Shown here: positions 15,102-17,080 of the stretch, piece by piece
Position numbering within the stretch: position 1 is the first letter of the stretch
Layout: every line of letters begins with the position of its first letter
DNA from: Salpingoeca rosetta
Lineage: Eukaryota; Protista; Choanoflagellata
Direction: 5' to 3'
DNA length: 17,080 bases
Assembly: GCA_033442325.1 (NCBI GenBank)
Contig: JAWQFM010000034.1
Span: forward strand, 677,444 to 694,523
Made by a program: the position numbers and the translations under genes
Notes under the pieces: generated by a model
What the model was told of the DNA's origin: nothing
What the model saw: only the letters and a program-made list of their open reading frames with translations
Databases searched by the model: none

Positions 15102-17080
15102 AGGAAGCCGGACACAAACGGGCGCGCGTGGCGGTTTGTGCCGGGCTCGTAGTCAACAAAGTACGTCTCGTTGGCTCGCGCGTGGATGAAGGCGCTGCCG
15201 TCGCTCACAAGGCTGCGGATGGACAGGGTCGGCGCAGTGCCACCAGCCTCGTGTGCGGGCGCGACCTCCACCTGTGCCTCGTCAAGCATGCGCAGCTCGT
15301 CAAAGGCATACGACGCATTGTTCAGCTCCGTGCGCTGGTGCCGCACCACCCTGGGGTTGCGCTCGCGGAACAAAAACGGCTTGGGCGGCATTGCGTTCTG
15401 GCCATCAAGGTACAGGCGCGTGCGGTATTCAGGCAGCACGGCCAGGTCAAGCGGGTCTGTGAGCAGGTCCTCGTACATGACGGTACCAGATCCACCAACA
15501 TCACCGCCCGTGCGGTTGCTGTAGTGGTACATCTCCTCAGTCGGAATCACAACGCCGTTGCTTTCCGCCTCGGTGTTGAAAACATCAGAGTGGAGCACGC
15601 GGTAGCAGTACAGTGGTGCGGACGAGCTTGTGTCGCGGCTGACACACAGGTCGCGGCCGTTGAACGCGAGGGAGACCTGCGACACCGCCGTTGTGAACGA
15701 CACGCCGCTGTACTCGCCCGTCTCCAGACTGTACCGATACACCTTGTTTGACGCTGCGCGATACACCTCCCCCGCAACCACCACCAGGCCGCCATATGTC
15801 GTGGAGCCAAAGTTGTTGGCCCCGGAGAGGGTCAGGGGCGGCTTCTCCGCGCCAGAGGGCTCGTAGAAGCGCACTGTGCTGCCGTCCGCCTTGGAAAGGC
15901 GGTGCACAATGGCTGATGTTGGCGTGATGACGTAGACGTAGTCTGCGTCCACAGACACGCCAGCAGCAGTATCAGAGACGCTAACAGACCACTGGCGATA
16001 CGTGCTCGGCCATGGGCCCCACTTGGACACGGTGTGGTCTTGCCAGTCGGCGGTGTAGTAGTACCTGTCCACATCACCCCACATCTGCATGATGTAGCGC
16101 TGTGGCAAGGTGAAGGCGCCAAGGTAGGCGCCATCCTCTGCCTGGTACCGGCGCACTGTCGTCGTTGATGACGTCCAGTCCGGGAACCAGTACTCGTCAT
16201 CGGGAGGATAGTAGCCAGCGCCATACCTGCCAACACTGAAGGACGTCGAGCTTGCGCCGAGGTACGATGGGTTGGGCACGTGCTGTGGGTTCATCTTGAC
16301 GCCACCTGCACCAGCCGGGGTCTCACCGCGCCACTCGTTGAAGAGGCGCGTGTGTACGGCAATGCGGCCGCCAGCACCGCTGCCGCCATCGCTGGGGCCA
16401 GCGCTGACTGGTGTGGTGTGGCAGGGTGAGCCCAGCGAGCATGTGCCACCGTGTCCACCCTGTGCAGAAACAGTACCGTAGCCTCTGAGGTGCCCGACCT
16501 TGATCCAGGCTGCGCCGCCAGAGCCGCCGCCGGAGCCCGTCTCCTCCGCACCAGCGGCGCCGTCAACGATGATGGTGCCTTCAAGGTCAAGCACCTGCGC
16601 GACCACCACATGCGCATGGCCACCGCCGCGGCCACCGGGCACAAGCTCCCCGTTCACCAGGCGAGCACCGCCGCGAGAGCCAGCTTGCGTGGGCTCAAAC
16701 GTGCTGCCAAACGCAGGGCCGCCAGGAAGGCTGCCGTGTGCAAATGCGCCGTGGCCGCCTTGTGTGGCGTAGCCCGCACCTGCGCCCGTTGTGTGGCCTG
16801 TTGGTGTGCCAGGACCGTCAATGTCAGGGCCACGGCCAGTCATGTCAAACACCACATCGGGGTCTGTGATGACAGTGGTGGCCTCGAGATCCATAAACTC
16901 GCAGGAGACGTACACGTTCCACTTTGCATCCAGCTCGTCCACCTCAAGGTCGAGACCCAAGGGTGGCTGGAGCGTCGTCTTCGACTCAGCACCAAGCTCA
17001 AGTGTAGCGAAGGCAAACGTGCCAATTGGTTTTGTGTGAAGAGTGGGGGTTGTTGACGTCTCTGACTTGACATAGAGGGC
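15102..17080 (-). CDS. Gene A, upstream segment (5'-partial): giant Gly-rich/beta-repeat extracellular protein; contains Gly-rich module 1 and propeller 1
   Basis: The frame of track ORF 15005..16960 stays open to the window edge (manual translation from 17080: ALYVKSETSTTPTLHTKPIGTFAFATLELGAESKTTLQPPLGLDLE...), so the TTG at 16960 is not the start. It carries the same repeat motifs as the downstream 3257-aa ORF (GGGSGGAAWIK, GAGGRIAVH, YAFDELR). It joins that ORF through a 1-nt frameshift between 15102 and 15152. Confidence 0.9.
15590..16240 (-). other. Putative five-bladed beta-propeller domain, copy 1
   Basis: YGAGY...EYWFPDW; IMQMWGD..YYYTADW; AAGVSVD..YVYV; YGGLVV..GEVY; SLAFNGRDLCVS...LYCY. 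The homology among the three copies is direct; the fold is inferred. Confidence 0.65.

Larger units (their letters stand above)
5289..16850 (-). repeat. Protein-level tandem super-repeat: 7 complete Gly-rich modules plus one half module, alternating with beta-rich modules
   Basis: Gly-rich modules begin (minus strand) near 16850, 14737, 13418, 12101, 10040, 8104, 6729 and 5494 (half). Spacing is ~1.24-1.38 kb without the propeller insert and ~1.9-2.1 kb with it. Confidence 0.9.

Noticed and set aside
15057-16960. Track starts at 16960 (TTG) and 15059 (ATG) as true initiation sites
   Set aside because: Both frames are open upstream with continuing repeat homology, and neither start is followed by a signal peptide.
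5571-17056. Long plus-strand ORFs (e.g. 5571..6947, 7650..8627, 8628..10280, 12543..13922) and alternative-frame minus ORFs
   Set aside because: Antisense or off-frame shadows of a GC3-biased gene. The translations are Ala/Val/Arg/Pro-rich and have no domain-like features.
5286-17080. PE_PGRS, collagen or bacterial autotransporter call for gene A
   Set aside because: There is no PE domain, no continuous Gly-X-Y triplets and no C-terminal beta-barrel, and the context (Kozak site, microsatellites, EGF arrays) is eukaryotic.
1-17080. CRISPR arrays, tRNA/rRNA genes, transposons
   Set aside because: I saw no repeat-spacer array, cloverleaf or rRNA-like sequence, terminal inverted repeats, or transposase/RT motifs.

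Overview
Eukaryotic draft-genome window: GC-rich, strongly codon-biased coding DNA, CA/CT microsatellites in the non-coding DNA, and two N gaps. The style suggests a choanoflagellate-like holozoan protist (inference only). Nearly the whole window is coding on the minus strand. Gene A enters at the right edge, is open from 17080 and stops at TAA 5288-5286. It has one single-base frameshift near 15102-15152 and gives at least ~3,930 aa with no visible intron. It is built from ~410-460-aa super-repeats (a glycine-rich GGxGG module plus a beta-rich module), and three of the repeats carry a ~220-aa putative five-bladed beta-propeller at the same insertion point. After ~1.55 kb of non-coding DNA, gene B starts at a perfect GCCACC-ATG (3728) with a signal peptide. 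It continues with a half glycine-rich module and then tenascin-type EGF repeats arranged in a 4-EGF cassette, which run off the left edge. Gene A ends with the first half of a Gly-rich module and gene B's mature chain begins with the missing second half, suggesting a split-domain two-chain system; a phase-compatible splice could alternatively join them. The frameshifts in 768-879 and 1468-2489 look like sequencing errors.
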